Source: an uncultured Chloroflexia bacterium
GTDB lineage: Bacteria; Chloroflexota; Limnocylindria; Limnocylindrales; CSP1-4
Assembly: GCA_963813535.1 (NCBI GenBank)
Contig: CAWEZH010000003.1
Span: 864,001 to 928,000 of the forward strand
Length of the DNA: 64,000 nucleotides
Direction: 5' to 3'
The notes beneath the pieces are model-generated. The model made no database searches. It was not told the DNA's origin and worked only from the letters and a program-made list of their open reading frames with translations. Of the stretch, positions 39,145 through 49,307 are shown in pieces. Both the position numbers and the translations under genes were made by a program. Within the stretch, counting starts at the first letter, position 1; every line of letters starts with the position of its first letter.

Positions 39145-40200
39145 TCAGGCGAACTCCGGTGCCGGACCCGGGTCGGCGACGCCCGCCTGCATCAGGCCGG
39201 CGCGCCGCTCGAGGTCGGCCGCCTCCTCTGGCGACGAGGGCCAGATCGGCTTGAAGCTGTACCACTGGTCCGGTGCCGCGGCGATCGTCGCTGCCAGGGC
39301 GTCGGCCATGGCCTGTGTCGCCCGCTGGAGCTCTGCGGGATCGGACGACGAGACATCGATCGGCTCGGGCCACGAGACGAGGAACGTGTCGTCGGGCTGG
39401 CGTCGGATGGTGATCGGCAGGATGCGCGAGCCGGTCTTGGCAGCGAGCGTCGCCGGGCCCGCCGGCAGGGCCGTCCACTCCCCGAAGAGTCGCACGGGGA
39501 TCCCGTCCGCCCGGTAGCCCCAGTCGACCAGCAGGCCGAGCATCTCGCGCCGGCGCAGCACCCCGAAGATCTCGCGCAGGTTGCGCCAGGCGATGATCTT
39601 CACGCCCCAGTTCTCGCGCTGACGACGGAGGATGTCGAAGATCTCCGGGAACGACGAATCGTCGGCGACCACGCTGATCGGCATCCCGTGGTGGGCGATC
39701 GCCGCGGCCACGGCCTCGTTGTTGCCCACGTGGCCCACGGCGAAGATCAGCCCGCCGCCGGGCGCCCCACGCCAGATCCGGCGGACGCCCTCGGCATCGA
39801 GATGGGGTACGAGCCGGACGACCTGATCGGTCGGCAGGGTCGGCAGCCGCATGAGCTCGACGAGATAGCGGCCGTAGCCCATGTAGGCACGCATCGCCTC
39901 GTCGCGCACCCGTGGGTGATCGGGCGGCAGGCCGAGCACGTGGCCGAAGTTCCGGTTCGACCAGCGCCGCTTCGTAGGCCAGGCGAGGTACGAGACCTGG
40001 GACAGCCGGCCGATGACGGTCGCGGCCGGGCCGGGCGGGAGCGAGGCGATCAGCCACGCTGTCGCCCGGTAGCCGAGGACCGCCAGCCGCTCGACCACGC
40101 GCGGGCTTGCCCCGCCGCGTCGGTGGGGCGCCTCGAGTCGCCGGTCGATGCCGGCCGGCTTGGCCGCCGGCTGGGGCGGTGGGCCGTCGCCCGCGGTCAT
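39145..40200 (-). CDS. PatA/LpxL-family acyltransferase (copy 1)
   Basis: YGRYLVE, GHVGNNE, LFG…LPAGPA, PDQWY. Confidence 0.82.
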   Translation of the reverse strand: MTAGDGPPPQPAAKPAGIDRRLEAPHRRGGASPRVVERLAVLGYRATAWLIASLPPGPAATVIGRLSQVSYLAWPTKRRWSNRNFGHVLGLPPDHPRVRDEAMRAYMGYGRYLVELMRLPTLPTDQVVRLVPHLDAEGVRRIWRGAPGGGLIFAVGHVGNNEAVAAAIAHHGMPISVVADDSSFPEIFDILRRQRENWGVKIIAWRNLREIFGVLRRREMLGLLVDWGYRADGIPVRLFGEWTALPAGPATLAAKTGSRILPITIRRQPDDTFLVSWPEPIDVSSSDPAELQRATQAMADALAATIAAAPDQWYSFKPIWPSSPEEAADLERRAGLMQAGVADPGPAPEFA

Positions 40201-41444
40201 CGACCCGCTGTTGACGCGACCTTCGCCGAGCGACCGGCCAGGCGACGAAGCGTGCGTGCCTGCGGCTTCTCCGTGCCGACAAGCGTCTCGGAGTCGTCGC
40301 CGCGGATGAAGGCCTCGACCCGCTCCCGCCCGACATCGTCCGGGATCTGGTGGGGCGGGCTCTTCATGAAGTACGCCGACGGCGCGACGAGCGTGCCCTT
40401 GAGCCCGCGGTCGAGCCCCAGCTTGAGGCAGCGGATCGCATCCGTGATGACGCCGGCCGAGTTGGGCGAGTCCCACACCTCGAGCTTCAGCTCGGCGTTG
40501 AGCGGCACATCACCGTAGGTCGTGCCCTCCATCCGGATGTAGCACCACTTGCGGTCCTGCAGCCAGGGCACGTGGTCTGATGGCCCGACGTGGATGTCGT
40601 CGGGATCGAGCTCGTAGTCGAGCATGCTCGTGACGGCGTTCGTCTTCGAGATCTTCTTGGACTCGAGCCGCTCGCGCTCGAGCATGTTCAGGAAGTCGGT
40701 GTTGCCGCCGAAGTTGAGCTGGTAGGTCCGGTCGAGGCGGACGCCACGGTCCATGAACAGACGGGTCAGCACGCGGTGGCTGATCGTGGCGCCGACCTGG
40801 CTCTTGATGTCGTCGCCGATGACCGGCAGGCCTTCCGCGGCGAACCGGCGCTGCCAGTACGGCTCGCGACCGATGAATACCGGGATCGCGTTGATGAAGC
40901 CGACGCCTGCTCGCAATGCCTGCTCGGCGTACCACTTCGTGGCTTCCTCGCTGCCGACCGGGAGGTACGACACCATGACGTCGACTTCGCGCTCCTTGAG
41001 GACGCCGACGATGTCGGCCGTCTCGCCGGGGGCCTTCTCGATGATCTGGCTGAGGTACTTGCCGAGACCGTCGTGGACCATCCCGCGCTCGACGGTCACG
41101 CCGAGCTTGCCGACCTGCTGGAACACGATGGTGTTGTTCGGCTTGACGTAGATCGCCTCGCCGAGGTCCTTGCCGACCTTGTTCTTGTCGATATCGAATG
41201 CAGCGACGAAGTCGATGTCGCTGATGCGGTAGCCGCCCAGGTTCACGTGCATGAGCCCCGGGACGAAGTCGTCGTCGTCGGCGTTCTCGTAGTAGTAGCG
41301 ACCCTGGACGAGACTGCTCGCGCAATTGCCGACACCGACGATCGCGACGCGGATCCGGCCGTCACCGCGGCGGCCGGCGCCTGCCCACGTGTTGGTGGGC
41401 GTCGCGCCACCCGTCCCGTTGCCGTTGGTTCCGTTCTTGGCCAC
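40197..41444 (-). CDS. ino1: Inositol-3-phosphate synthase
   Basis: [49 protein letters not shown]; GTG after GGAGA. Confidence 0.95.
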   Translation of the reverse strand: MAKNGTNGNGTGGATPTNTWAGAGRRGDGRIRVAIVGVGNCASSLVQGRYYYENADDDDFVPGLMHVNLGGYRISDIDFVAAFDIDKNKVGKDLGEAIYVKPNNTIVFQQVGKLGVTVERGMVHDGLGKYLSQIIEKAPGETADIVGVLKEREVDVMVSYLPVGSEEATKWYAEQALRAGVGFINAIPVFIGREPYWQRRFAAEGLPVIGDDIKSQVGATISHRVLTRLFMDRGVRLDRTYQLNFGGNTDFLNMLERERLESKKISKTNAVTSMLDYELDPDDIHVGPSDHVPWLQDRKWCYIRMEGTTYGDVPLNAELKLEVWDSPNSAGVITDAIRCLKLGLDRGLKGTLVAPSAYFMKSPPHQIPDDVGRERVEAFIRGDDSETLVGTEKPQARTLRRLAGRSAKVASTAGR

Positions 41445-41455
41445 TGTTTTCTCCG

Positions 41456-42094
41456 CTACGTGATCTGGGGGTCGACTGGTGGGTGCTTGGCTTGGGCGCG
41501 GACATGGAGGATCCGCTGGATGACCGTGAGGGTCCCGCCGACGGCGATGATGCCAAGAGCGAGCTCGAGGGCCTTGATTCCCGGGGCGTCGGTCAGGATC
41601 AGCCCGATCGACAGGATCACCAGCCGGATCTCGCGCGGCATGAGGCCGACCGCCGCCATGCCCGTCCCCGGCGTGAAGCCGAGGCCCTCGGACTTGGCGC
41701 GCGCATAGCTGACCATGAAGGCGGCCCCCATCGCCGCGGCGGCGAGGATCGGCACCCGCTGGTGGCCGCCGAGCACGGCGCCCGCGACGATGCCGAGATA
41801 GACGATCGCCTCGCCCCAGCGGTCGAAGACGGAGTCCATGAACGCCCCGAGCTTGCTGACCTTGCCGGTGGCCCGGGCGAGCGTGCCGTCGAACATGTCG
41901 AAGGCACCCCCGATGAACACCACGATCCCGCCGATCGTCCAATACTGGAGGCCGACGAGGATCGCCCCGGCCGCGGTGATCGCGAATCCGATGAGCGTGA
42001 GCGCGTCCGGCGTCAGGCCGGCTCGTCCCATGGCCAGGGCGATGGGCTCGAAGATCGCCTTGATGCGGGACCTGGACTCATTGGAGATGCTCAA
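41456..42094 (-). CDS. pgsA: CDP-alcohol phosphatidyltransferase (phosphatidylinositol-phosphate synthase-like)
   Basis: [15 protein letters not shown]…[19 protein letters not shown]; adjacent to ino1. Confidence 0.88.
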   Translation of the reverse strand: MSISNESRSRIKAIFEPIALAMGRAGLTPDALTLIGFAITAAGAILVGLQYWTIGGIVVFIGGAFDMFDGTLARATGKVSKLGAFMDSVFDRWGEAIVYLGIVAGAVLGGHQRVPILAAAAMGAAFMVSYARAKSEGLGFTPGTGMAAVGLMPREIRLVILSIGLILTDAPGIKALELALGIIAVGGTLTVIQRILHVRAQAKHPPVDPQIT

Positions 42095-42423
42095 CTCGCG
42101 ATCCCCAGGATCTCGCGCTCGCGCGCGGCGACCTCGCCGAAGGCCTCTGGGCGAAGCGTGCAGATCGTCTCGCGGCCGACGCGCCGGGATACGACAAGCC
42201 CGGCCGTCCGGAGTCGCTTGAGGTGATGGCTGACGAGGGGCTGTGACAGGCCGACATGGGCGATGAGCTCGGCGACGCTTGCTTCACCCTCGGCGAGACG
42301 ACGAACGATGCGCAGTCGGTTCACGTCGGCCAGCGCCTTGTGGAACGCGCGCAGCTCCCGCAGGTCCTCGGGCTGGAGGACGATCGAGGCGAGGGTCGAA
42401 CGGAACCGGGCGGGGGTCGGCAC
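42091..42423 (-). CDS. ArsR/SmtB family transcriptional regulator
   Basis: KALADVNRLRI…SQPLVSHHLKRLRTAGLV. Confidence 0.9.
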   Translation of the reverse strand: MPTPARFRSTLASIVLQPEDLRELRAFHKALADVNRLRIVRRLAEGEASVAELIAHVGLSQPLVSHHLKRLRTAGLVVSRRVGRETICTLRPEAFGEVAAREREILGIAS

Positions 42424-42474
42424 GGGCGGGGGATGTCTCCGACGATGGACGCGACGGTCGCGACGCAGGAGGTC

Positions 42475-42510
42475 GCATCAACGACCGTTGATATCAACGG
42501 ATGTTGATGC
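42475..42510. promoter_or_regulatory. Tandem ArsR-type operator: two ATCAAC-N4-GTTGAT sites in a 36-bp palindrome
   Basis: GCATCAACGACCGTTGATATCAACGGATGTTGATGC, overlapping the -10 and start site of the arsR promoter. Confidence 0.75.
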
Positions 42511-42535
42511 TATGAGCCCGCCCCGAGCCTGTCAA
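42507..42535 (-). promoter_or_regulatory. Promoter TTGACA-N17-TAGCAT for the arsR-pgsA-ino1 operon
   Basis: Consensus -35 with 17 bp spacer. Confidence 0.75.
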
Positions 42536-42564
42536 GGTCGGCTCGGGGCCCTCGGGCGTGCCGG

Positions 42565-44235
42565 ATGATCGACCCGACTACACTCGCCGCGATGCATCGC
42601 GGGACCCGGCTCACGCTCCTCGCCGTCTTCGGCGTTGGCGTGTTCCTGGCCGGCCTCGAGCTGATGATCACGGCCGTCGCGCTGCCCTCGATCCTGGCCG
42701 ATCTCGTCACCCCGAACGGCACGTCGGCGTGGATCGAGCTCAGGAAAGCCAGTTGGATCATCAACGGCTACCTGCTCGTGTACATCCTGATGATGCCCCT
42801 TGCCGGCCGTCTCGCGGACCTGTGGGGTGCACGACGGCTGTCCATGGGGGCGCTCGTGGTGTTCACCGTCGGCTCGATCCTCGCGGGCATGGCGCAGGAC
42901 CTGGATCAACTGATCGCCGCTCGGGTCGTCCAGGCGGTCGGTGGCGGCGTGCTCGTCCCGGTCGGTACCGCCGCCGCAGCGCATCTGTACGAGGCCCACG
43001 GGCGGCCGCGAGCGTTGGGCGTCATCGGCGCATTGACATTCCTCGGGATGGCCGCAGGGCCGTTCCTCGGCGCGGCTGTCCTGTCGACGATCCACCCGGA
43101 GACGGCGCTGGCGGCCATGGGCCTCGATGACGGCGCGCTCGGCGCAGTGCTGGCCCCTGCCTGGCGCTGGATCTTCTACATCAACGTGCCGATCGCGCTC
43201 GCCGCACTCGTCCTCGCCTGGGCCGCGGCGCCCGGCTGGGAGACGCCTCGCCGTTCAGGCCGAGTGGACGTTGTGGGCGCCGCGATCTTCGGTCTCGCTC
43301 TGGCCGCCGGTCTGGTCGCGCTTACGCTGGTCGGCGCGACCGGCGACCCATCCGCCCCGATCTCGCCCGAGCAGCTCTCGATCGCCCTGGCGTCGATCGC
43401 GGTCGTCGCAACGGTCGCGACCATCGCGCGGGGCGCACGGAGCCGCGACCCGTTCCTCGATGTCCGTCTGTTCCGGAACGTCGGGTTCAGTGCCGCGGCA
43501 CTCGTCTCCGTGCTCACCGGATACGCGTTCGCGACGGCGATCATCGGTGGCGCCGTGTTCGTCGATCGCGTGCTGTACGGCGGCCCCGATGAGCAGCGGT
43601 TGGCGCTTGGCGCCCTCGCCGGAGCGACGGCCCTCGGGGCGCTGCTGTCCGGCTTCGCGGTGCGTGTCGCGAGCTACCGCGTCGTGACATTGGTCGGCCT
43701 GGCCGCCTCGGTCGTCGGCCTTGTCGCGATGTCGCGCTGGACGCCGGCGACGACGGTCGGCGAGGCGGCCGCATCGCTGGGGTTGTTCGGCCTCGGCTTC
43801 GGGCTGTCGGTCACGCCCCGCTCGAGCGCGGCGGTCGAGGCGGCCGGCCAGGCAGCGTTCGGCGCCGCATCCTCGGTCGTGACCGTCGCACGCATGATCG
43901 GGATGGCGGTCGGCCTTGCCGTCCTCACCGCCTACGGCTCGACGACCATCGACCGTCTGTCCGCCCAGATCTACGCGACGCCCGACGCCTACCTCGCGTA
44001 CATCCCCGAGAACCTCCAGGACCGCCCCCTGAGGGATCCACTTGTCGTCGAGGCGCTCGAATCGTGGGCGTCACGTGAGGCCGCCTCGATCATGGTCGGT
44101 CTGTACCTCGTCGCGGCACTCGTGACGGTCGCAGCCGTGCCGCCCGCCCTCGCGCTCGGCGGGACTACTCGACGCCGCTCCGCCGCGCGTATGCTGGCCA
44201 CCGATGGCGCCCAGGACCCCGGCCTCATCCTCTGA
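42565..44235 (+). CDS. MFS transporter, DHA2 family
   Basis: WIINGYLL, GRLADLWGARR, WRWIFYINVP. Confidence 0.87.
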   Translation: MIDPTTLAAMHRGTRLTLLAVFGVGVFLAGLELMITAVALPSILADLVTPNGTSAWIELRKASWIINGYLLVYILMMPLAGRLADLWGARRLSMGALVVFTVGSILAGMAQDLDQLIAARVVQAVGGGVLVPVGTAAAAHLYEAHGRPRALGVIGALTFLGMAAGPFLGAAVLSTIHPETALAAMGLDDGALGAVLAPAWRWIFYINVPIALAALVLAWAAAPGWETPRRSGRVDVVGAAIFGLALAAGLVALTLVGATGDPSAPISPEQLSIALASIAVVATVATIARGARSRDPFLDVRLFRNVGFSAAALVSVLTGYAFATAIIGGAVFVDRVLYGGPDEQRLALGALAGATALGALLSGFAVRVASYRVVTLVGLAASVVGLVAMSRWTPATTVGEAAASLGLFGLGFGLSVTPRSSAAVEAAGQAAFGAASSVVTVARMIGMAVGLAVLTAYGSTTIDRLSAQIYATPDAYLAYIPENLQDRPLRDPLVVEALESWASREAASIMVGLYLVAALVTVAAVPPALALGGTTRRRSAARMLATDGAQDPGLIL

Positions 44236-45271
44236 CCCGACGACGGGGCGTGCCGGCGAGCCGGTCGCTCGTCGTCGTATGCCCACCTCGTCCGGTGGCC
44301 CGGGCCGGATCCGCGTCGCCGCCATGGTCGACGGAGTCCTGCGGGAGCTGGAGGGCGACACCGCGCTCGACGCCTTGCCGGGCCTGCTCGGTCGCCCCGA
44401 CGCGTCGGTCTGGGTCGATCTGGCGGCACCGTCAGCGGAGCAGGTACAGGCCGTCGGGCCGATCCTCGGGCTCCACCCGCTGATCATCGAGGACGTCCTC
44501 GAGGGCAATCAGCGCGCCAAGATCGAAACGACCGACGGGGTCGTCCACATCGTGCTGTTCGCGCTCACTCGGGCTGCGACCGTCGTGGTCAACGAGGTCG
44601 ATCTCGTGCTCGGCCTCGGGTACCTGCTCAGTGTCCACGATGCGAGCTGGGAACCGCGCGAGTCGCATCACCTGCGGAACGGCGTCGGCCCGATCCTCGC
44701 CGACGGTCCGGATCACCTGCTGTGGGCCATCGGCGACGACATCGTCGATGGGTACTTCCCGTACGCGGACCAACTCGGTGACGCGATCGACGAGGTCCAG
44801 GACGCCGTGATCCGACAGGCCAAGCCGGAGACGCTGGAGAAGCTGTTCGCGCTCAAGCGGGAGCTCATCGAGGTGCGCCGTGCCGCGAGCCCGACCCGCG
44901 AGGTATTCAATCAATTGACGAACCGCGAGATGACCCTCGTCGATCCCGAGGAGATCATCTATTTCCGGGATATCTACGACCACGTCATCCGATTGACCGA
45001 CGAGATGGACAACTACCGCGAGCTCGCCTCGTCCACGCTCGACGTGTACCTGACCCAGGTCAACAACAACCTGTCCGTGATCATGAAACGGTTGACCGGT
45101 GTGACGGTGATCCTCGCCGGCATCGGCGCCGTGGCCGGCATCTTCGGGATGAGCGAGGCCGGCAGCGCGATCGGAGGCCGCGAGCAGGCGGGCTTCTGGG
45201 CGATCACGGCTCTGACTGTGGCGATCGCCGGTGGAGCAGCCTTCGTCCTCCGTCGCATCGGCTGGATATAG
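44204..45271 (+). CDS. corA: CorA family Mg2+ transporter
   Basis: LHPLIIED, YFRDIYDH, MKRLT, GIFGMS (variant of GMN). Confidence 0.85.
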   Translation: MAPRTPASSSDPTTGRAGEPVARRRMPTSSGGPGRIRVAAMVDGVLRELEGDTALDALPGLLGRPDASVWVDLAAPSAEQVQAVGPILGLHPLIIEDVLEGNQRAKIETTDGVVHIVLFALTRAATVVVNEVDLVLGLGYLLSVHDASWEPRESHHLRNGVGPILADGPDHLLWAIGDDIVDGYFPYADQLGDAIDEVQDAVIRQAKPETLEKLFALKRELIEVRRAASPTREVFNQLTNREMTLVDPEEIIYFRDIYDHVIRLTDEMDNYRELASSTLDVYLTQVNNNLSVIMKRLTGVTVILAGIGAVAGIFGMSEAGSAIGGREQAGFWAITALTVAIAGGAAFVLRRIGWI

Positions 45272-45281
45272 GGCACGTCCA

Positions 45282-45380
45282 GGGGCGGCCGATGGCGGCG
45301 TTGCCGGCTGCGCCGCTGCGCTCACGTAGGTTCGACTACGCTCGCTTGCGGCTCGCTCGGCGCCTTGCCCTCGACCGCCC
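45282..45380 (+). repeat. ~100 bp structured intergenic repeat, copy 1
   Basis: Closely matches the reverse complement of 59943-60043. Confidence 0.8.
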
Positions 45381-45405
45381 AGCGAACGCGCTGAGGAGCC
45401 CGTGC

Positions 45406-46137
45406 CTAGCCGCAGTCGACCGGTTTGGCGGTCGGGTGTGACGAGTCGTGGCTGGCCGGACGAGCGTCGATCGGCTTCGCGATGACCTGCGTGTAGCCGA
45501 ACTGGCGGCCGGGCCCCTGCGATGTCTGAAGCCAGAGCTGCTCGCTCTTCGCAGCCGCCGGATCGTTCAGACCGGTCGTGTAGGGCTGATCGCGTCTGAC
45601 CCGCGTGATCTCGTACTTGTAGAGCCAGTCATCGCTGGTCCAGACCTCGACCGTCATGCCGCGCTGGTCGAAGCCGCGGGTCTCCAGGAGCGGCAGGAAC
45701 ATGCCGTCGCGGGCGTGGGCATAGAGGTACGTCGCCTTGCCGAAGCCCGGCTGTGAGAGCTGGGGCAGGTACATCGCGACGTTGCAGTAGGGATAGCCGT
45801 TGTTGCCGCGGACCACCGCGAGATCGATGTCGAGGTCCCGGATCCGGACCCGGGTCGCGACGCGGTCGGCGGGCGGTGGCGTCGGCGTGGGTGCCGCGCT
45901 CGGTACCACGGAGGGCTTCGGCGTCGCGGTGCCGATCGGCGGCAGGGTGATGAGCGGGCTCGGCGTCGGGACGACGGCCTCCGATGGCTCGGGTGAGCTC
46001 GACGGCGAGGCCGCTGCCGATCCGGCGGGGACCGGCACCGTGTACGTCAGCAGGCCGGCGGACAGGATGGTCACCCCGAACGCCGTCAGCAGCGCCGGGA
46101 GCACGCGTGTTCGGATCTCTTCGGTCGGTCCAGCCAT
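45406..46137 (-). CDS. Sortase-fold protein with Ser in place of the catalytic Cys
   Basis: TM, Pro/Ser linker, RVRIRDLDIDLAVV, YLYAHAR, YKYEIT, LWLQTS. Confidence 0.65.
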   Translation of the reverse strand: MAGPTEEIRTRVLPALLTAFGVTILSAGLLTYTVPVPAGSAAASPSSSPEPSEAVVPTPSPLITLPPIGTATPKPSVVPSAAPTPTPPPADRVATRVRIRDLDIDLAVVRGNNGYPYCNVAMYLPQLSQPGFGKATYLYAHARDGMFLPLLETRGFDQRGMTVEVWTSDDWLYKYEITRVRRDQPYTTGLNDPAAAKSEQLWLQTSQGPGRQFGYTQVIAKPIDARPASHDSSHPTAKPVDCG

Positions 46138-46209
46138 CGGAACCGGCATCGTAGCGTGGGGCGACCGGACGCGCCGCCGGGCGTCGGTACTGGTACCCTC
46201 CGCGCCAGC

Positions 46210-46884
46210 ATGTGGCCCCGACTCTCGATCGTCGCCGGTCTGCTGACCGGTGTCGTGGCCGCTGCGCTGGTCATCGGGGGACTCCTCCTGCTCGCCCCGG
46301 TGCCCGGTGCCGCGCCGACGCCCGCCCCGCAGCCGTCCGCCTCGCTCGGGCTGTTGCCGTCCCCGGCGCCGAACGCGCCGGCGTCGGCCGCGATCTCGCC
46401 ATCCCCGTCGGGCAGCGGTACATCCTCGGACGGACCGGCCGCGGCGTTCCACATCGGCGAGCCCGCCCCGGCGCTCGTCGTGCCGCAGGTCGGCGGCGGG
46501 ACCATCGACCTGACGAACCTGAAGGGCAGCCCGGTCTGGGTGAACTTCATGGGCACGTACTGCCCGCCGTGTGTCGACGAATTCCCCTTGATGAACCGCT
46601 TCTCGGCACGCCACGCGGACGACGGCCTGGTCGTCATCGCGGTCGACGTCAAGGAGGACGAGGGAGCGGTCGCCGCATTCGCCGAACAGCTCGCCGCCAC
46701 GTTCCCGCTTGGTCTCGATAGCGACGGCACGGCCGCCGCCCGATGGGACGCCGTGGCCCTGCCGGTGCATTTCTGGATCGACAAGGACGGGGTCATCCGC
46801 GACGGCGCCCTGGGCGGCATCGGCCCCGACATCATGGCCCGCGGCCTGCGCACGATCATGCCGGGGGTCGACGTCCAGCCGTGA
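46210..46884 (+). CDS. TlpA/ResA-like thiol:disulfide oxidoreductase
   Basis: N-terminal TM, VWVNFMGTYCPPC, LPVHFWID. Confidence 0.88.
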   Translation: MWPRLSIVAGLLTGVVAAALVIGGLLLLAPVPGAAPTPAPQPSASLGLLPSPAPNAPASAAISPSPSGSGTSSDGPAAAFHIGEPAPALVVPQVGGGTIDLTNLKGSPVWVNFMGTYCPPCVDEFPLMNRFSARHADDGLVVIAVDVKEDEGAVAAFAEQLAATFPLGLDSDGTAAARWDAVALPVHFWIDKDGVIRDGALGGIGPDIMARGLRTIMPGVDVQP

Positions 46885-47807
46885 CGCCGGCCGGCGGACC
46901 GACGCCGGACAGCTCGGTCTCGACGCCCGCCGAGATCGATGCCGCCCTCGACGCACTCGTCGGGGCTCGACCGCCCCTGCTCCTCGTCATCGATTTCGAT
47001 GGCACGCTGGCGGTCGGGTCGCGCGACCCCGCGGTCGCGCGGATCGAGCCACTCGCCCAGCGGGCGCTTCGCCGGCTGGGCGGCCGAGCGACCGGCCATC
47101 AGAACAGGCTCCACGTCGCCGTGCTGACCGGACGGGTCGTCGCCGACGTCGCGGCACGGGTGCGGGTCGGCGGGGTCGAGTACCTCGGCGACCACGGTCT
47201 CGAACACGGCCGGCTTGCGCGTGGCGCGCGGGCGGAGCGGCTGGTCGTCACGACCGACCCGGCGTTCGACGTCCATCGCGATCCGGCGGAGACCCTGGCC
47301 GACGGCGTCGCCGGGGAGCTCGGCTCGCCGGCCTGGCTGTTCGTGGAGCGCAAAGGGCCGTCCGTCGCCTTCCACGTCCGCCAGGCCGACGACGTCCAGG
47401 CCGCGCGGAGTGCGGTCGTCGCGGCGATCGACGCCGTGGAGCGCCGGATGGGGCTCGTCCACGGGCTGGCGCACTACCGCGGTCGATCCGTCGTCGACCT
47501 TCGACCGCGCGAGGCGGGCGGGAAGCGCGAGGCCGTCGATCGGCTGGTCGACCGCCACCGCCCCGGCGCGATCGCCGTCCTCGGCGACGAGATGAGCGAC
47601 ATCGATGCGTTCGAGGCGGTCGTGGCTGCCCGCACGGCGTCGACGGGTGGGGATCCGGTCGTGGGCGTCACGATCGCGGTCCACGGCGCCACGCGGCCGG
47701 CACCGTCCGAGCTGCTGGCCGTTGCCGACCTGCGGCTGTCTGGCGCCCACTTGGTCGGACGCTGGCTGGCCGCACTCGCGCGCCGATTGGACGCGGACGA
47801 CCGCTAG
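46881..47807 (+). CDS. otsB: Trehalose-6-phosphate phosphatase-like HAD protein
   Basis: DFDGTL, LTGR, GDHGLE, ERKG…FHVR, GKREAV, GDEMSDIDAF. Confidence 0.82.
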   Translation: MTPAGGPTPDSSVSTPAEIDAALDALVGARPPLLLVIDFDGTLAVGSRDPAVARIEPLAQRALRRLGGRATGHQNRLHVAVLTGRVVADVAARVRVGGVEYLGDHGLEHGRLARGARAERLVVTTDPAFDVHRDPAETLADGVAGELGSPAWLFVERKGPSVAFHVRQADDVQAARSAVVAAIDAVERRMGLVHGLAHYRGRSVVDLRPREAGGKREAVDRLVDRHRPGAIAVLGDEMSDIDAFEAVVAARTASTGGDPVVGVTIAVHGATRPAPSELLAVADLRLSGAHLVGRWLAALARRLDADDR

Positions 47808-47810
47808 CGG

Positions 47811-49307
47811 CTATCCGGGGAGGGTGGAGATCGCGGCCGCGGCGCCCTTCACGATGTCGAGCAGTGGCGTGGGGACGAGACCGAAAAGGATCGTGAGCGC
47901 GGTCGCCGCCGCGAGCCCGCCCCACAGCAGCGCGCCATGACTGGGGGCCGGAGCGTCGCTCTCCGGGTCGCGCATGTACATGTACACCGCCACGCGGAGG
48001 TAGTAGAAGGCGGCGGCCGCCGCATTCAGCACGACCAGGACGGCGAGCGCGGTGAGCCAGCCGCCCGCCTGCACGGCAGCCAGGATCACGTAGGCCTTCG
48101 CCCAGAACCCGGCCAGCGGCGGGATCCCGGTGAGCGACAGCAGGAAGAGCAGCATCAGCGCGCCGAGCAGCGGCTCGCGGCGCCCGAGCCCGGAGAACGT
48201 CGCGAGCCCGGACGTGACACCGGTCCGCTTCTGGAGCGCAGCCACCACGGCGAACGCGCCGAGGTTCATGAACGTGTACGCCGCGCCATAGAACAGCAGC
48301 CCCTGCAGCCCGAGCACCTGGCCACCGGCATAGGCGGCCAGCCCGACCAGCATGTAGCCGGTGTGGGCGATCGAGCTGTACGCCAGCATCCGCTTCACGT
48401 TGTCCTGGGTCAGTGCCACGAGGTTGCCGACGGTCATCGTGAGGGCGGCCAGCACCATGATCACGGGCAGCCACCAATCGGACAGCGGTCCGAGCGCCTC
48501 GACGAACAGTCGCAGGATCAACGCGAACGCGCCGACCTTGGGGCCGACCGACAGGTAGCCGGTGATCGGCGTCGGCGAGCCCTGGTACGCGTCGGGTGTC
48601 CAGTAGTGGAACGGGACTGCCGCGATCTTGAAGGCGACGCCGGTCGTCAGGAACGCGAGGCCGATCGCCAGCCCCGGCTGGAGCGGTGCGGCACCGGCGA
48701 CGATGGCCTGCAGCCACTGCGCGATGCCCGGACTCGCCGGGTCGTTGCTGTTGATCAGCGTGGTGCCGGTCAGGCCCCACACGAAGGCGAGGCCGAAGAG
48801 GAAGATGGCCGAGCTGAACGAGCCGAGCAGGAAGTACTTGATGGCGCCCTCGGTCGAGTAGGCGTCGGTCTTGTGGTAGCCGGCGAGCAGGTAGCCGGGC
48901 AACACCATGAGCTCGAGTCCGAGGAACATCAGCAGCAGGTCGGCCGCGCCGGCGATCAGCATCGCGCCGGTCATCGCGAAGACGAGCACGATGGCGAACT
49001 CGGCGATCGGCAGATTGCGTGGTAGCAGGTAGTCCGGTGCGAATACGATCGTCATCGCCACGATCGAGATGAACAGCACGTCGAGGAACGTCGTCAGCGC
49101 ATCGACCTTGTACGAGCCGCCGAACGCGGTGGCCGTCTCCGCCCCGACCGAGATCGTGACCAGGGTCGTGATGGCGAGCCCGATCAGCGCGGTCGCGATG
49201 GCCGGCCCGTCGCGTCCCGGCCATACGAGGTCGACGATCAGGATCGCTGCCGCGGTCAGCACCGCGGCGATGAGCGGCGAGATCGTGACGAGATCGGCGA
49301 AGTTCAA
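47811..49307 (-). CDS. nuoN: NADH-quinone oxidoreductase subunit N
   Basis: EGAIKYF, FKIAAVPFHYWTPDAYQG, KRMLAYSSIAH. Confidence 0.96.
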   Translation of the reverse strand: MNFADLVTISPLIAAVLTAAAILIVDLVWPGRDGPAIATALIGLAITTLVTISVGAETATAFGGSYKVDALTTFLDVLFISIVAMTIVFAPDYLLPRNLPIAEFAIVLVFAMTGAMLIAGAADLLLMFLGLELMVLPGYLLAGYHKTDAYSTEGAIKYFLLGSFSSAIFLFGLAFVWGLTGTTLINSNDPASPGIAQWLQAIVAGAAPLQPGLAIGLAFLTTGVAFKIAAVPFHYWTPDAYQGSPTPITGYLSVGPKVGAFALILRLFVEALGPLSDWWLPVIMVLAALTMTVGNLVALTQDNVKRMLAYSSIAHTGYMLVGLAAYAGGQVLGLQGLLFYGAAYTFMNLGAFAVVAALQKRTGVTSGLATFSGLGRREPLLGALMLLFLLSLTGIPPLAGFWAKAYVILAAVQAGGWLTALAVLVVLNAAAAAFYYLRVAVYMYMRDPESDAPAPSHGALLWGGLAAATALTILFGLVPTPLLDIVKGAAAAISTLPG

